The translations under genes and the position numbers were made by a program. A stretch of 64,000 nt of DNA from Octopus sinensis (lineage: Eukaryota): positions 9,114,001 to 9,178,000 of the forward strand of contig NC_043018.1 in the NCBI RefSeq assembly GCF_006345805.1. Reading direction: 5' to 3'. Below the pieces are notes generated by a model that was not told where the DNA came from, ran no database searches, and saw only the letters and a list, made by a program, of their open reading frames with translations. The number at the start of each line of letters is the position of its first letter. Within the stretch, counting starts at the first letter, position 1. Below are positions 1 through 12,620 of this stretch, one piece after another.

Positions 1-299
1 TTTACGTGCCACCTGCACAGGTGCCAGAGGGGTCTGGCATCGGCCACGTTCGGATGGTGCTTTTTATGTGGGGGGGGGGGTGCAGAAATATAGGAGAGCA
101 CCAGTGGGGAGGGGTGGTTCAGAGAAATGATGACAGGTTCTAGGCAAGTAGAACGTAGGATATCAAGAGAGGGGTAATGCATGGTGAAATAGCGTATTGA
201 AGAGGGGTTCGAAGAGTAGACACCTATAATGGTGGTGGGAGAAGCAACATCCAGTATAGATGGAGCAAAAATATAGAGATATCCGGTATTGGTGGTGGG

Positions 300-720
300 G
301 GTGGGCAGGGAGGGTGCACCGCGAATACACGATGGTTGATTATAGTCGAGAGGAGAAATGAATAAATTAGTTAAAATAATTAGATAGATAGAGAAATTAG
401 ATAAAAATAGTTAGATAGATAAGAAAGCATGTATGATCGATCGAGAAGAGAAAATAAATAAGCATTCAAACTTATCTGCGCTCGGGTGCTAGATGAATGA
501 ATGAGAGAGCAAATGTTGGGGCTGCCTTTTTTAAGTAAAAATTGTCCGGAAGAGGAATTTTTGGACAAGGCGGAAGTGTATTAAAGGAACAGGCTTCAAG
601 ATGGCGAATACACGATGGTTGATTATAGTCGAGAGGAGAAATGGATAAATTAGTTAAAATAATTAGATAGATAGATAGAGAAATTAGATAAAAATAACAT
701 ATATACATACATATATATAT

Positions 721-762
<42 letters not shown>

Positions 763-1170
763 TATTAAATTTATATCTATATTTAATAGTGTTCACTTCC
801 GGACTCTTTCACTCTGTGAGAGCCTCAGTTCAAATCGCAGGTGTCTTGAATGGACTGGGGAATTTCTATTTTAGATGTATTTGGGGTACTTAATTGTGCT
901 CATGACTTAGTGTCTTGCTTCTTCCATGGGTATGAGTAAGTATCTCATTTATTTCTTTGCCACATTTATCACTGACGAAGAGGGGGTTCTTATGAACTAA
1001 CCCTGATATCGGTCCGATATGGTAATAATGGAATTTTTTAGAAATGTCTGTCGACCTTTTTTCGAGTAGCGTGCGTATTGTAAAAAATTATATGGTTATG
1101 GACAATGTGTCTAGCTTCGGCATATTTGGCATTAAAAATTTTTTCGTTTGCCCTTATTTATAAGTTATAT
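300..1170. mobile_element. Penelope-like retroelement remnant with ~90-bp direct repeat (321-410 and 602-695)
   Basis: Direct repeat starting GCGAATACACGATGGTTGATTATAGTCGAGAGGAG occurs twice, with a hammerhead remnant nearby. Family assignment is an inference from the hammerhead. Confidence 0.45.
966..1025 (+). ncRNA. Degenerate type I hammerhead ribozyme in a Penelope-like remnant
   Basis: TTTATCA-CTGACGA-[agAGGGgGTTCttatGAACtaaCCCT]-GATA-TCGG t CCGA-TA-TGGTAAT: stems I, II and III pair by eye; core GAAA is mutated to GATA. Confidence 0.6.
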
Positions 1171-2710
1171 ATATATGTATATATGATGGTACATATATAT
1201 GTATGTATATAGATACATACATCAATGTATATTTCCACAGATGCCACAAAAGCAAATAGACACAATCATTTTTGAAAGTGGTTCTGTAGTAAGATGCTTG
1301 CTTCCCAACCACATGGTTCCAAGTTCAGTCTCACTGCACGGCACTTTGGCCAAGTGTCTTCTTCTATAGCATAGATGGAAACTGAAAGAATCCCATCATA
1401 TATGTGTGTGTGTGTGTGTGTGTATTTATGTGTGTGTCTCTGTGTCTGTATTTGTCCCCACTCCATCGCTTGACAACCGATGTTGGTGTGTTTGCCTCTC
1501 TGTAACTTAGCAGTTTGGCAAAAGAGACCAATAGAATAAGTACCAGGCATACAAAGAATAAGCTCTGGGCTCAATTTCTTCAGTTAAAAGGCAGTTAAAT
1601 GCCTGAAAGAAGTAAAAGAATAAGAGAGTAAAAGAACATGTCTATCACCATCATTTTATAGCCATTTTGCAAAGAAGCAGGAGTTCCTAGAGGGGCCATC
1701 ACAATCCAAGACATTTCTTATTGCCAACCAACCTATGTCATTTGGCTTGATCTCTATGGCTTTTCTGAGTGTACTGGGTGTCTTTATTGTGGCACCTGGA
1801 CAAGAGGTGCTGCCTTGTTCACCCATCACTTTAGAGGGTGTGCAAAGGGTGATCGCTCCAGCTAAAGGAGATAGGGTGCTTTGAACATGGGGGTGTGGAG
1901 GGCTCTTCTCTGTGATGCCAGCACAAGGGCGGAGGGTGCTTTCTACATGGTATATGTAGAGAGTATTCAGTTACTTAAGATGAGTATTTTAACTCAGGTG
2001 ACCCAAGAAGGGAAGAAAAGGATAAAGAAATGAGAGTAGAAAGGCCAGAAATGGGGGGAGGTTGATAAAAGCAAGAGAGTAAGTGTAGAGTGTACTTAAT
2101 GATCTAAGTTGTGTGCTTTCGCTCAGATGACCAAGGAGGGGAATAGAAGAGTGATAATGACAGTAGAAAGGCCAGAATGGGTGGATGAAAGTAAGAGTAA
2201 GGTTGGAAAAGAAGAGATATTGGGGTGGAAACAGGAGGGAAGTGATAAGTGGACAAAGGTAAGTGTAGGTGATGGGTAACAACAGAAGTACCACAGAGGG
2301 GAGAGTGAGTGATGACTGGCAGAACAGAAAATTTGCCGTTAGAGTGTACTGGGCACAGACAGTTGAATGCAGTCTGCTATACACAGACTTAGTAAAGGAG
2401 TCAGAGTGATGAAGATTCTACTGTCAACACAGATAGTGGTGGGAGATGAGAGATGGGTGAACGAGGAGGATGGGAAGAATGAGAAATGGGTAGAGAAGAG
2501 ACTGGATGCAGCAAATATAAGCTGGGCAGGATACAAAATATCCCAACTTCTACTCACCACCCTTGTTTCATACCCATACGTATATACATATATGTATACA
2601 TATTTTGTGTGTAAGCATCATCATCATCATCATTTTATACCTACATTTCAATTGTGGCATTGGATAGACAATTTCTGTTCTAGCACCTTTGATTGTTATG
2701 GTGTGAGCAA

Positions 2711-3585
2711 GTGTGTGGGTGTGTTGTTGTTTGTGCCTTCTCGAGCCATGCCTGGCTCATAGGGCCAGTTTCCCAGTTTCCTTGGAGTATAGGTCCCCCA
2801 CCTTGATGGGACGACGGTCTGCCGCAGGTGAGCTGCAAGATGCAGGAGGAAAGAGTGAGAGAAAGTTGTGGCGAAAGAGTCAGCAGAAGTTTCGCCATTA
2901 CCTTCTGCCGGAGCCGCATGGAGCTTAGGTGTTACGCTCATAAACACACACATCGCCTGGTCTGAGATTCGAACCCTCGATTCCTCGACCATGAGTCCAC
3001 TGCTCTAGCCACTAGGCCATGTGCCTCCACAAAATAAATGCACCCTTTTAAAGCCTAGCCAGGCTCACGGGCCTGGTTTCCATAGCATATGTGTTCCCCA
3101 GCTGGACGGGACGTCAGTCCATCGCAGCGTTACTCATTTTTGCCAGCTGAGTGGACTGGAGCAACGTGAAATGAAGTGTTTTGCTCAAGAACACAATGCA
3201 TCACCCGGTCCAGGAATCGAAACCACAACCTTACGATCATGAATTCAACACCCTAACCACTAAGCCACGTGCCTCCACTACGAATGTGATGTGTGTGTGC
3301 GGGAGGCATACACTTGCAGTTAACCCTTCAGTATTCTGATTACTCTGCCAGATGTAATGCTTATCATGCATTTTCTCAGATTCAAGATTTAAATGATGTG
3401 ATTGTTTATCGTTAGAATGACACTGTAGGGTAGGTGTGAGAGACCTGATTTGGTCAGTTTAAACATAAAACAGGTAGACTACTTGGGCTTCTAATGGCTG
3501 ATTTGACTACTAAAGGGTTAAAATATGTATGCATGAATTATAATTGTCTACATAGCTGTGTGTGCTTATGTGTATATGTGTGTGT
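2711..3585 (+). repeat. Copy 1 of ~870-bp near-identical local duplication (copy 2 at 8184-9058)
   Basis: Direct comparison at offset 5473 shows only about six substitutions across two SINEs, a TTAA-bounded MITE and the spacers. Confidence 0.9.
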
Positions 3586-3599
3586 GTGTATATGTGTAT

Positions 3600-3634
<35 letters not shown>

Positions 3635-3723
3635 GTGAGAATTTACAAAAAAGACAAAAGATGAAGACAGGTGTGTAAACAACAAATAGATATATTAGTT
3701 TAACGCTTGGGAAGTGAGAAAGT

Positions 3724-3759
3724 CTTTTACGTTTAGAGTCTACGCTCTTCGACAGAAAG
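3724..3759 (-). ncRNA. Strongly degenerate minimal hammerhead in a Penelope-like terminal remnant
   Basis: Minus strand reads CTTT-CTGTCGA-a-GAG cgtaga CTC-TAAA-CGTA-AAAG, with two core deviations. Confidence 0.35.
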
Positions 3760-4867
3760 GGACACAGAAAGAAACAGGGAGGGAAAATAGAAAAGGTTTA
3801 GTGGCTAGTGATCTATCATGGCCATATATATGTATGTATATGTGTGTGTATATATATATATATAAAATTAGAAAAAAAAACACCTTTTATATATATATTA
3901 TATTGTGTGAAATTTGATTTAGTATTTCTAAATTGAATTTTTTTCCTTGTAAGTTTTGGATTTTATTCCCTCAAATAATAATTATATATATATATATGAG
4001 CCATAAGGATTGTTGGAGGTACAAGGCATGATACATAAATCTGGTGAATTATTGTTTCTACAGCATGAATCTATCATGAGCTCATATTTAAATCCTTTAA
4101 AAAGTATCAAAATTATATATATATTATATATATATATATATACATATATTAAATTATGAATACATATAATATATAAATGATGATGATTATATATATATAT
4201 ATATATACAGATACACAAGCATATTTTCTTTCATTAGTACCAGTCTTTGGACAATGGCCAAGCTGGGGCACTGAGATCACGAATATCATTTGACCATATA
4301 ACTACTCTACCACAACACTCATCCCATTTTACTCGTTTTTTTTTTTTGGGGGGGGGGGTTTGTTGTGTTTTCAGTGTGTGCGAAGGGAGGCAACTCAATG
4401 CACTATTTCACACGAGCCTACAGAAAAAAAACACAAACACATACAAAGAATAAAATAGAAATATAATTATGAACTAATTGTATGGTGATCGTGTGTACTT
4501 CAACTCAGGAGAAAAAGCAGCCAAAAGTACATGAAGAGTACACAGAATAATGTACAGGATTCTTTTACTTGTTTTGGTCATTTGATTGTGGCCATGCTGG
4601 AGCATCGCCTTGAAGTGTTTTTGTAAGCCTAGATCTTATTCTATTGGTCACTTTGCTGAACTGCTAGGTTACAGGGATGTAAACACACCAACGCCGATTG
4701 TCAAGTGATGATGAGGGGCAAACACAGACACAAATGACACACACATATAGATACATACATACATATATATAAATGAAAAAATATATTACAGTTCTATATT
4801 TAAGAGATGAGGAATTATGTACATTATTTACACTTGACGGATATTTGTCCTCATCTTGTTTGTTGTT

Positions 4868-4913
4868 AACACAACATATCGGCTGATATACCCTCCAGCC
4901 TTCATCAGGTGTC
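4868..4913 (-). ncRNA. Degenerate minimal hammerhead in a Penelope-like terminal remnant
   Basis: Minus strand reads GACAC-CTGATGA-a-GGCTG gagggtatat CAGCC-GATA-TGTT-GTGTT: 5-bp stem II, 5-bp stem I, GAAA mutated to GATA. Confidence 0.55.
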
Positions 4914-5587
4914 TTGGGGAAATTTCGAACCTGGGTTCTCATTCCTAAGGTATTTTTCGATGTTATTATTATTATTAAGGTCACTGCCTGGAATTGAACT
5001 CGGAATCTTGGGGTGAGTAGCCCGCGCTCTTAACCACTATGCCATATGCCTGGGCATATGGTATGCCTCCACGGCATCAGGTGTAGTGTTGTTGAATTTC
5101 AGGAGGCCTGGGAGTTTTGAAGGACAAAGTGGGGTTGGCTTTAAGCCAGGTGTTGAGGTTAAAGTATGATGACAGGAACAGGTTTGTTGTAGAGGAGATG
5201 CATGGCTACCCCACATTATATAAGGGTGAGTGAGAGTAACAACTGATGCAGGTAGTTTATTCCCTGCTTCAGCAATTCTGAGTGTGGAAAGCATTTTTGA
5301 AAGTCATGGGTGCTGTGTTAGCATCCCTCTTTCATATTTCACCCACAGGGTGTATTGGTTAATTGGCAGTTACAATAAAAGACACTTGGCCAATGTAATG
5401 CATGGGAGGATTGAACCGGAAATTGTGTTGTTGTGGAGTGAACTTCTCAGTCACATGTCTAGACCTGCACCCACAGGACAATGGAATGAGAAACATTAAG
5501 AGGATTTGAAGCAGCAAAAACAATGAACTGTAATCTCTGTTGCTTCACTTTAGGCAGACATGATAATGCATGCAGGGAAACAGTTGC

Positions 5588-5716
5588 AATGGAAATAGTC
5601 TGAATGCAGGAGGAGGAGGAGGAAGAAGAAGAAGAAGAAGAAAGAGAGGAGGAGGAGGAAGAAGAAGAAGAAGAGAGGAGGAGGAGGAAGAAGAAGAGGA
5701 GGAAGAAGAAGAAGAG

Positions 5717-5748
<32 letters not shown>

Positions 5749-5840
5749 GGAAGAAGAAGACGAAGAAGAAGAAGCAAGAGAGGAGGAGGAAGAGGAAGAG
5801 GAGGAAGAAGAAGAGGAGGAGGTGGAGGGAAAAGAAGAAG
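5588..5840 (+). repeat. (GAA/GGA)n purine-rich microsatellite
   Basis: Directly visible; it explains the poly-E, poly-K and poly-R ORFs. Confidence 0.95.
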
Positions 5841-6189
5841 ATGCTGGTGTGTTTACGTCCCTGTAAAGAGACCGATAGAATAAGTACTAGGCTTACAAAG
5901 ACTAAGTCCTAGGGTCGATTTGCTCGACTAAAAACGGCACCCCAGCATGGCCAAAGTCACATGACTGAAACAAGAGTCAGAGAGTCCAAGAAGGTAAAGA
6001 GAAGAGAGCAGAAAGAGTGGGTGGGGTGGGTAAAGTACATAAGAGGGAAGGATGAGGGTGAGAGACGGATAAAGAAGAACGGTTGATAGCAAATATAAAG
6101 GAGGGATTTCAACTGAGGAGACCCTGGGAAGAGGAAGTGATGACTGGCAGTGCAGAAATATGTAGGCATCTCTCTATATATAAATGGCA

Positions 6190-6538
6190 AAATGTCTGTG
6201 TGTGTGTGTGTCCTTTATACAAATCCACAATTTTTCAGTTAGAGGGCTCGCACTTTCTATGGTCATTCAAAACCGTCCAAGGGTGGTCGTGCACATCTTT
6301 ACATTTCCCCAGTCACCCTGCAAAGCCATTAAAAAATCAATAGAGGTAACTTTTTTGTGAATTTTCTATCCAAAACCCAATTAAAATGCTCGAAACTTGA
6401 TACGCCAATTGAATGCCAACTAGCTGTATGTGATTGGTCGGATATTTGGACAGTACTCGCGTGTATGTGCGCACGCACACAGCTGTATATGCATGCACTA
6501 GCACTATGACCCGGTAATGCCGAGTCATTGTGCTAGTA
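6190..6538 (+). mobile_element. Possible Helitron-like non-autonomous element 3' end
   Basis: Ends in the hairpin CTAGCACtATGAC-ccggtaatgccga-GTCATtGTGCTAG followed by T, resembling the CTAG terminus with subterminal hairpin. The 5' boundary is uncertain. Confidence 0.35.
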
Positions 6539-6784
6539 TAGGAATAAGCTGGATAGCAGAGAGAGTGTAAAATGTTTAGTCTACCATCATCATTACTGGT
6601 CTGAGTTTACAGTAGGGTCCTTAGCTAGGAAAAGATATAGGGGGACTGGAAACCCAAATCTAGGTTGCACCAAAGTATTCAGCTGATTACCTGCATATCT
6701 TAGGTACGTTCGATCAAGGCTGACCAAGGATTACACAACGTTCACAAAAGAATGACATTACATTGATCAGTTCTGTTTCTTTAA

Positions 6785-7634
6785 CCCCTTGATGGATCAA
6801 TTATATTCTGACATGGCGTTTCATTTCAGAGCATATTTTTTTATTTCCTTTTTTAATTATATACACTGTGTTAATTACAAAGAAAAAGTTTTATATCTTG
6901 TTTCCTTTATTTTTTATTATAGAAATTAAAATGTACTTTTACTCATTTGGATTTAAACGAGTTAACTCAGACACTGAAAAAATACATATAACTTAACGAT
7001 CTTCCATTTTTTATAAGATGTTTTGCTTTTAAATCAAAGGAAAATTTTTAAAAAATGAGACAGTTTATTTAGAATGATAATTTTTAAAACAAGGAGTTAC
7101 ACACAAAGTTATCTTGCAGACATCACACATGTATCTGCTTTCTCTTTGAATCTTCTTTCCTTTAGCGTCTCTCTTCTCTGCGCATTTTGCACACTGTCTT
7201 GTAGGGTTCTTTTTCTTATCACTTGGTGGTATTCCCATGGGAATGTGACCAGCTGGAGCAAAGCTTGTTGGATGTGGGATCGATGATGATCTTCCTGGTT
7301 TCGTGGAAGGCAATAAGGGCCTATATTTTTCAATAATCTTGGTGATTATTTGCATTCTAAATATCAGCAGTTTCACAGGAGAAGCTGAAGTTTCCAAAGA
7401 TGCTTTATACAAAACATAAGCATTCGAGATAGCCAAATCCATCAAATGAAAAAATACTTATTTTTTTTAAACAACACAAGTAAATTTGTGATTGCTCAAA
7501 AATGAAATGACACAAAACAAATAAACTCGTTTGAGTGCTAAAATTAAAATTTAATTTTGACTGAGTATACTCGTCTGGTTCTAAAAAGATACATTTGCAA
7601 TGCACGAGTAAACTCGGGATAATCCATTAAGGGG
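6785..7634 (-). mobile_element. Internally deleted piggyBac (PGBD4-like) DNA transposon, 850 bp
   Basis: TTAA at 6781-6784 and 7635-7638; TIRs CCCCTTGATGGATCA and CCCCTTAATGGATTA (13/15 match); retains the transposase C-terminus. Confidence 0.9.
7065..7445 (-). pseudogene. piggyBac transposase C-terminal fragment with Cys-rich domain
   Basis: (VFFHL)MDLAISNAYVLYK...RQCAKC...SRYMCDVCKITLCVTPCFKNYH matches the end of the piggyBac DDD domain plus the CRD. Confidence 0.9.
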
Positions 7635-8183
7635 TTAATGCTCTTTACCTAGAGATGCGATATAGTGGAGCATTCCAAATCCATGACAAAGTGAGTTCTG
7701 TTTCTATTTAGAACTAATCACCATCATCATCATTTAGTGTCTGTTGTCCATGCTGGCATGGGTTGGCAAGCTGGAAGGCTGCACCAAGCTCTGGTCTGTT
7801 TTGGCATGGTTTCTATGGCTGGATGCCCTTCCTAATGCCAACCACTCCAAGAGTGTAATGGGTGCTTTTATGTGCCACCAGCATGGTTACCATTTGCGTG
7901 ACACTGGTATCTGCCACGACTGCAATTTTACTTGGCTTGATGGGTCTTCTCAAGCATGACATGATGCCAAAGGTCTTCGTCATTGCCTCTGTGAGACCCA
8001 ACACTTGAAAGGTACTTTTTACATGCATGGGTGCCAGTTATGTGACACCCACGTGATTTCACTTGGCTTGATGGCTCTTCTCAAGCACAGCATATCTTCA
8101 AAGGTCTCATTCAGTAGTCACTGCCTCTGTGAGGTCCAAAGTTCGAAGATCATGCTTCACCATGTCGTCCCATGTCTTCCTGA

Positions 8184-9058
8184 GTGTGTGGGTGTGTTGT
8201 TGTTTGTTCCTTCTCGAGCCATGCCTGGCTCATAGGGCCAGTTTCCCAGTTTCCTTGGAGTATAGGTCCCCCACCTTGATGGGACGCCGGTCTGCCGCAG
8301 GTGAGCTGCAAGATGCAGGAGGAAAGAGTGAGAGAAAGTTGTGGCGAAAGAGTCAGCAGAAGTTTCGCCATTACCTTCTGCCGGAGCCGCGTGGAGCTTA
8401 GGTGTTACGCTCATAAACACACACATCGCCTGGTCTGAGATTCGAACCCTCGATTCCTCGACCGTGAGTCCACTGCTCTAGCCACTAGGCCATGTGCCTC
8501 CACAAAATAAATGCACCCTTTTAAAGCCTAGCCAGGCTCACGGGCCTGGTTTCCATAGCGTATGTGTTCCCCAGCTGGACGGGACGTCAGTCCATCGCAG
8601 CGTTACTCATTTTTGCCAGCTGAGTGGACTGGAGCAACGTGAAATGAAGTGTTTTGCTCAAGAACACAATGCATCACCCGGTCCAGGAATCGAAACCACA
8701 ACCTTACGATCATGAATTCAACACCCTAACCACTAAGCCACGTGCCTCCACTACGAATGTGATGTGTGTGTGCGGGAGGCATACACTTGCAGTTAACCCT
8801 TCAGTATTCTGATTACTCTGCCAGATGTAATGCTTATCATGCATTTTCTCAGATTCAAGATTTAAATGATGTGATTGTTTATCGTTAGAATGACACTGTA
8901 GGGTAGGTGTGAGAGACCTGATTTGGTCAGTTTAAACATAAAACAGGTAGACTACTTGGGCTTCTAATGGCTGATTTGACTACTAAAGGGTTAAAATATG
9001 TATGCATGAATTATAATTGTCTACATAGCTGTGTGTGTTTATGTGTATATGTGTGTGT
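8184..9058 (+). repeat. Copy 2 of ~870-bp local duplication
   Basis: See 2711-3585. Confidence 0.9.
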
Positions 9059-9059
9059 T

Positions 9060-9790
9060 TCCTCCACAGTTAGAGATTGGTACTTTTACACATAGCTGTC
9101 CTCATCCAGACGTATCACAACCATACCAGTGTAGTCGTCGCTCTTGCACACATCTGATGCCTCTTATGCCCAACTTTTCTCTCAAGATGCTTATACTCTG
9201 TTGAACATGAACATCCAGTGAAACATACTGACTTCATTTCTTTCAAGCCTACGCATCTCCTCAGCTGTCACAGCCCATGTTTCACTGCTGTTGACACACA
9301 GGCATCATACAATTTGCCTTTCACTCTGAGGGAGAGGCCCTTTGTTGCCAGCAGAGGTAGGAGCTCGCTGAACTTTGCCCAGCCTTTTCTTACTCTTACA
9401 GCTATGCTCTTGGAGTATCCAAATCTACTAGTAACTTGGTCACCTGGATAATGGAAGCTATATACTACCTCTAGCTTACCCTGCTGGCAGTTGACAGAGT
9501 CTTTTTCAGTATATTTTTGATGTTTATTGCACCTTTGCATCTTTCACACACAAAAGGTATTTTCCCCATTAACCTTCCTCTGATATTGCTGTACATCTTA
9601 TGTGTCCAAAGCTTACACTGGATACATCTTATGGAATTTCAACCTATGCCTTTTCTACCTGAAGGGATTTGTGATTTGCCTGCCTTCCTACTTACCAAGA
9701 CTTTAGTTTTTGCCAGGTTATCTCTAAGGTCCTTCAATTCTAGACCTTGCTTCCATACCTGGAACTTCGTCTCTAGTTCTGGTAATGTTT
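9060..9790 (-). mobile_element. RTE-clade LINE reverse transcriptase fragment (degenerate)
   Basis: LPELETKFQVWKQGLELKDLRDNLAKTKVLV and GKLEVVYSFHYPGDQV...KGWAKFSELLPLLATKGLSLRVKGKLYDACV are typical of the RTE RT C-terminal region; stops and frameshifts present. Confidence 0.85.
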
Positions 9791-12014
9791 TAGGCTCAAT
9801 TTGTTGGAAGTCAGGCCATAAAACTAAATTTTCATGTTTAAGCTGCTTCCATTAATGTGCATGTTGCAAATTGTTCTCTTGTGGCACTGTTTGATCAATC
9901 AAAGACGCCTGAACTAACAGTGCTATGGGAGAAAAGGTTGATGGATTGGAGAGAAAATTCTTCAGATCAGATTCAACAGTCTCCTCTGCTTTCACCTTTT
10001 AAAATTTGCCTTCTCAGTGAAACATATCTAGAGTTTAGTGGTTAGGGTGTTGGGCTCATTCATGATTGTAAGATTATGGTTTTGATTCCTGAACATCGTT
10101 TAACATCCGCTTTCAATGCTAGCATGGGTTGGACGATTTGACTGAGGGCTGGCAAACCAGATGGTTGCACCAGGCTCCAATCTGATCTGGCAGAATTTCT
10201 ACAGCTGGATGCCCTTCCCAACGCCAACCACTCCAAGAGTGTAGTGGATGCTTTTATGTGCCACTGGCACGAGGGCCAGTCAGGTGGTACTGGCAGCAGC
10301 CATGCTCAAATGGTGCTTTTTATGTGCCACCAGCACTGTGAAAATCAAATATCTCCACTCAAAATCTCATTAAGCTGCATAAAGTAGTTTTTATATATGA
10401 ATCTATCTTTTCTTGAGGAAAGTCATGCTTGGAACTATTTTTTGTTCAGATATGTCAAGTTTATTGAGGTGTGTCTTGCAGAAAATGCCAATTCTATTGT
10501 TTGGTAGATAGTTAACCCCAATACTAGAATAACCAAGAAATTTAATTTCACAGTCATTGAATTAATAGTGATGCTGTTGTTATAGCTTAGCTCCAACCAT
10601 GGCGACCCATATAATCAGAAAATGTATTTAGGACTGCTTTATTCAGTATGTTGTTTTTAAGATGGTAAGTTATGGGTTGAGGAGAAAGCGTAGCCTGTGT
10701 TGTGTCTGTATGGAAAGATTGTTGCTCATTTGCTATTCATTGGAAAGTGAAGGAAACTGGAATACAATGATTACTTAATGTACTTTATATAAACACTTTA
10801 TATACTTTATTCACAATTTTATAGACTTAATACACAGCACTCATAACATAAATATTCACTCTTGTTTTTCCATTTCCCCCATAAACAAAAAAAATATCTC
10901 CCCATTGCGTGGCACCTTGGGCAAGTGTCTTCTACTATAGTGTCAGGCTGACCAAAGCCTTGTGAGTGGATTTGGTAGACGGAAACTGAAAGAAGCCCAT
11001 CATGTGTGTGTATATATATATATGTATATGTTTGTCTCCCCCCCCACCATCGCATGACAACTGATGATGGTGTGCTTATGTCCCTGTAACTTAGTGGTTC
11101 GGCAAAAGAGACTGATAGAATAAGTACTAGGCTTACAAAGAATAAGTCCAGGGGTCGATTTGTTTGACTAAAGGTGGTGTCCCAGCATGGCTGCCGTCAA
11201 ATGAATGAAACAATAAAAGAATACATATGATACAACCTTTAGTTAAATTGCATATCTGCCACATAGATAAGCATGAATATATCACGGAATTCCATTTATG
11301 CACTTGCGTTAAATAATAGAGGATATAAAAAACTTAACTCAATTTAAAAAGAAAATACACCTTTCACTATCCGATCACCACTGCTACCTCCAGCACCAGC
11401 ATCATCATCTCTCTCTGTGCCTTTCTTTAACCTCACCATCAGAACATCACCCCTCTGCTAAAATTATATTTTAAACTCTCCTCCTCTATGTCATGACTAC
11501 CTTCGACTAACTTTTTTTAACCATGTAATAAATATCAAGTTCCTCCTACCTCACATCATGGACGATTCTCTCTCCCTCTTTGCCTTATTCTCTTTCTCTT
11601 TCCCTTCGACTAATCCCACAAAAGTGTTACAATTACACTCCGTCTACCTCATGTCATGGACACATCTCTCTCCCTCTTTTCCTCTAATCGCATGAAAGCA
11701 TTATTGATGGACTAAGTGATGGAATAACAAGCAGAATTATTATAAGATATTTTGGGGCAATTAGCAAGCAATAGATTCATTTATTCAATAATTGGCTTCT
11801 AATGAGCCAATTACTGGTTTATTGAATTTATGATGTCAAGTGCTACTCATCACATGTAACCCGATACAACCTGTTGCATGGTCAGGTGATCAGCAACTAA
11901 ACTGGTTACCCAACTACATTTGCTGGGTGAGGAGGGGGATTTATTGGACATCCTTCATCTTACCTGTTGTTATAACCCCACCCCCCTCTCTCTATATATA
12001 TTTTTAGAACTCAT

Positions 12015-12620
12015 CATCATCATCGTTTAACATCCGCTTTCCATGCTAGCATGGATTGGACGATTTTGACTGAGGGCTGGCAAACCAGATGGCTGCACCA
12101 GGCTCCAATCTTGATTTGGCAGAGTTTCTATAGCTGGATGCCCTTCCTAACGCCAACCACTCCAAGAGTGTAGTGGGTGCTTTTTACATGCCACCGGCAC
12201 GGGGGCCAGTCAGGCGGTACTGGCAACGACCTCGCTCAAATCCTTTTACACATGCCAGCAGCACAGGTGCCAGTAAGGCAACTTTGGTAACGATCATGCT
12301 TGAATGATGCCCTTTTATGTGCCACTGGCACGGAAGCCAGTTAGCTGCTCTGGCAACGATCATGCTCGGATGGTGCTCTTGGCACCCTACTAGCACGGGC
12401 ACAAGTGCCAGTTTGGCGATGCTGGTAACGATCACGCTCGAATGGTGCCCTTTAAGTGCCACTGGCACGGAAGCCTGTTGGCTGCTCTGGCAACGATCAC
12501 GCTCGAATGGTGCCCTTTAAGTGCCACTGGCACAGAAGCCGGTTAGCTGCTCTGTCGATATCATGCTCATATGGTGCTCTTTGCACCCTGCCCATGGACG
12601 CCAGTCATTGAATTTGATTT
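12015..12620 (-). mobile_element. RTE 3'-UTR-derived repeat with (GAT)n tail and internal ~60-bp tandem repeats
   Basis: Same sequence family as the tail following RTE coding sequence at 51290-52035. Other copies at ~7725-8160, 10085-10340, 18200-18620, 21095-21325, 21960-22365, 31340-31605, 32675-32880 and 34170-34485. Confidence 0.7.

Noticed and set aside
4074-4300. Two small plus-strand exon-like blocks (HESIMSSYLNPLK / IPVFGQWPSWGTEITNII*)
   Set aside because: Short, with a weak donor, no other supporting exons and no recognisable family; could arise by chance.
5550-5912. Poly-Glu and Lys/Arg-rich ORFs
   Set aside because: Translations of the (GAA/GGA)n tract.
9800-10030. Exon-like open stretch VKAEETVESDLKNF... 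upstream of the RTE fragment
   Set aside because: Weak acceptor, in-frame stop, no donor and no recognisable homology.
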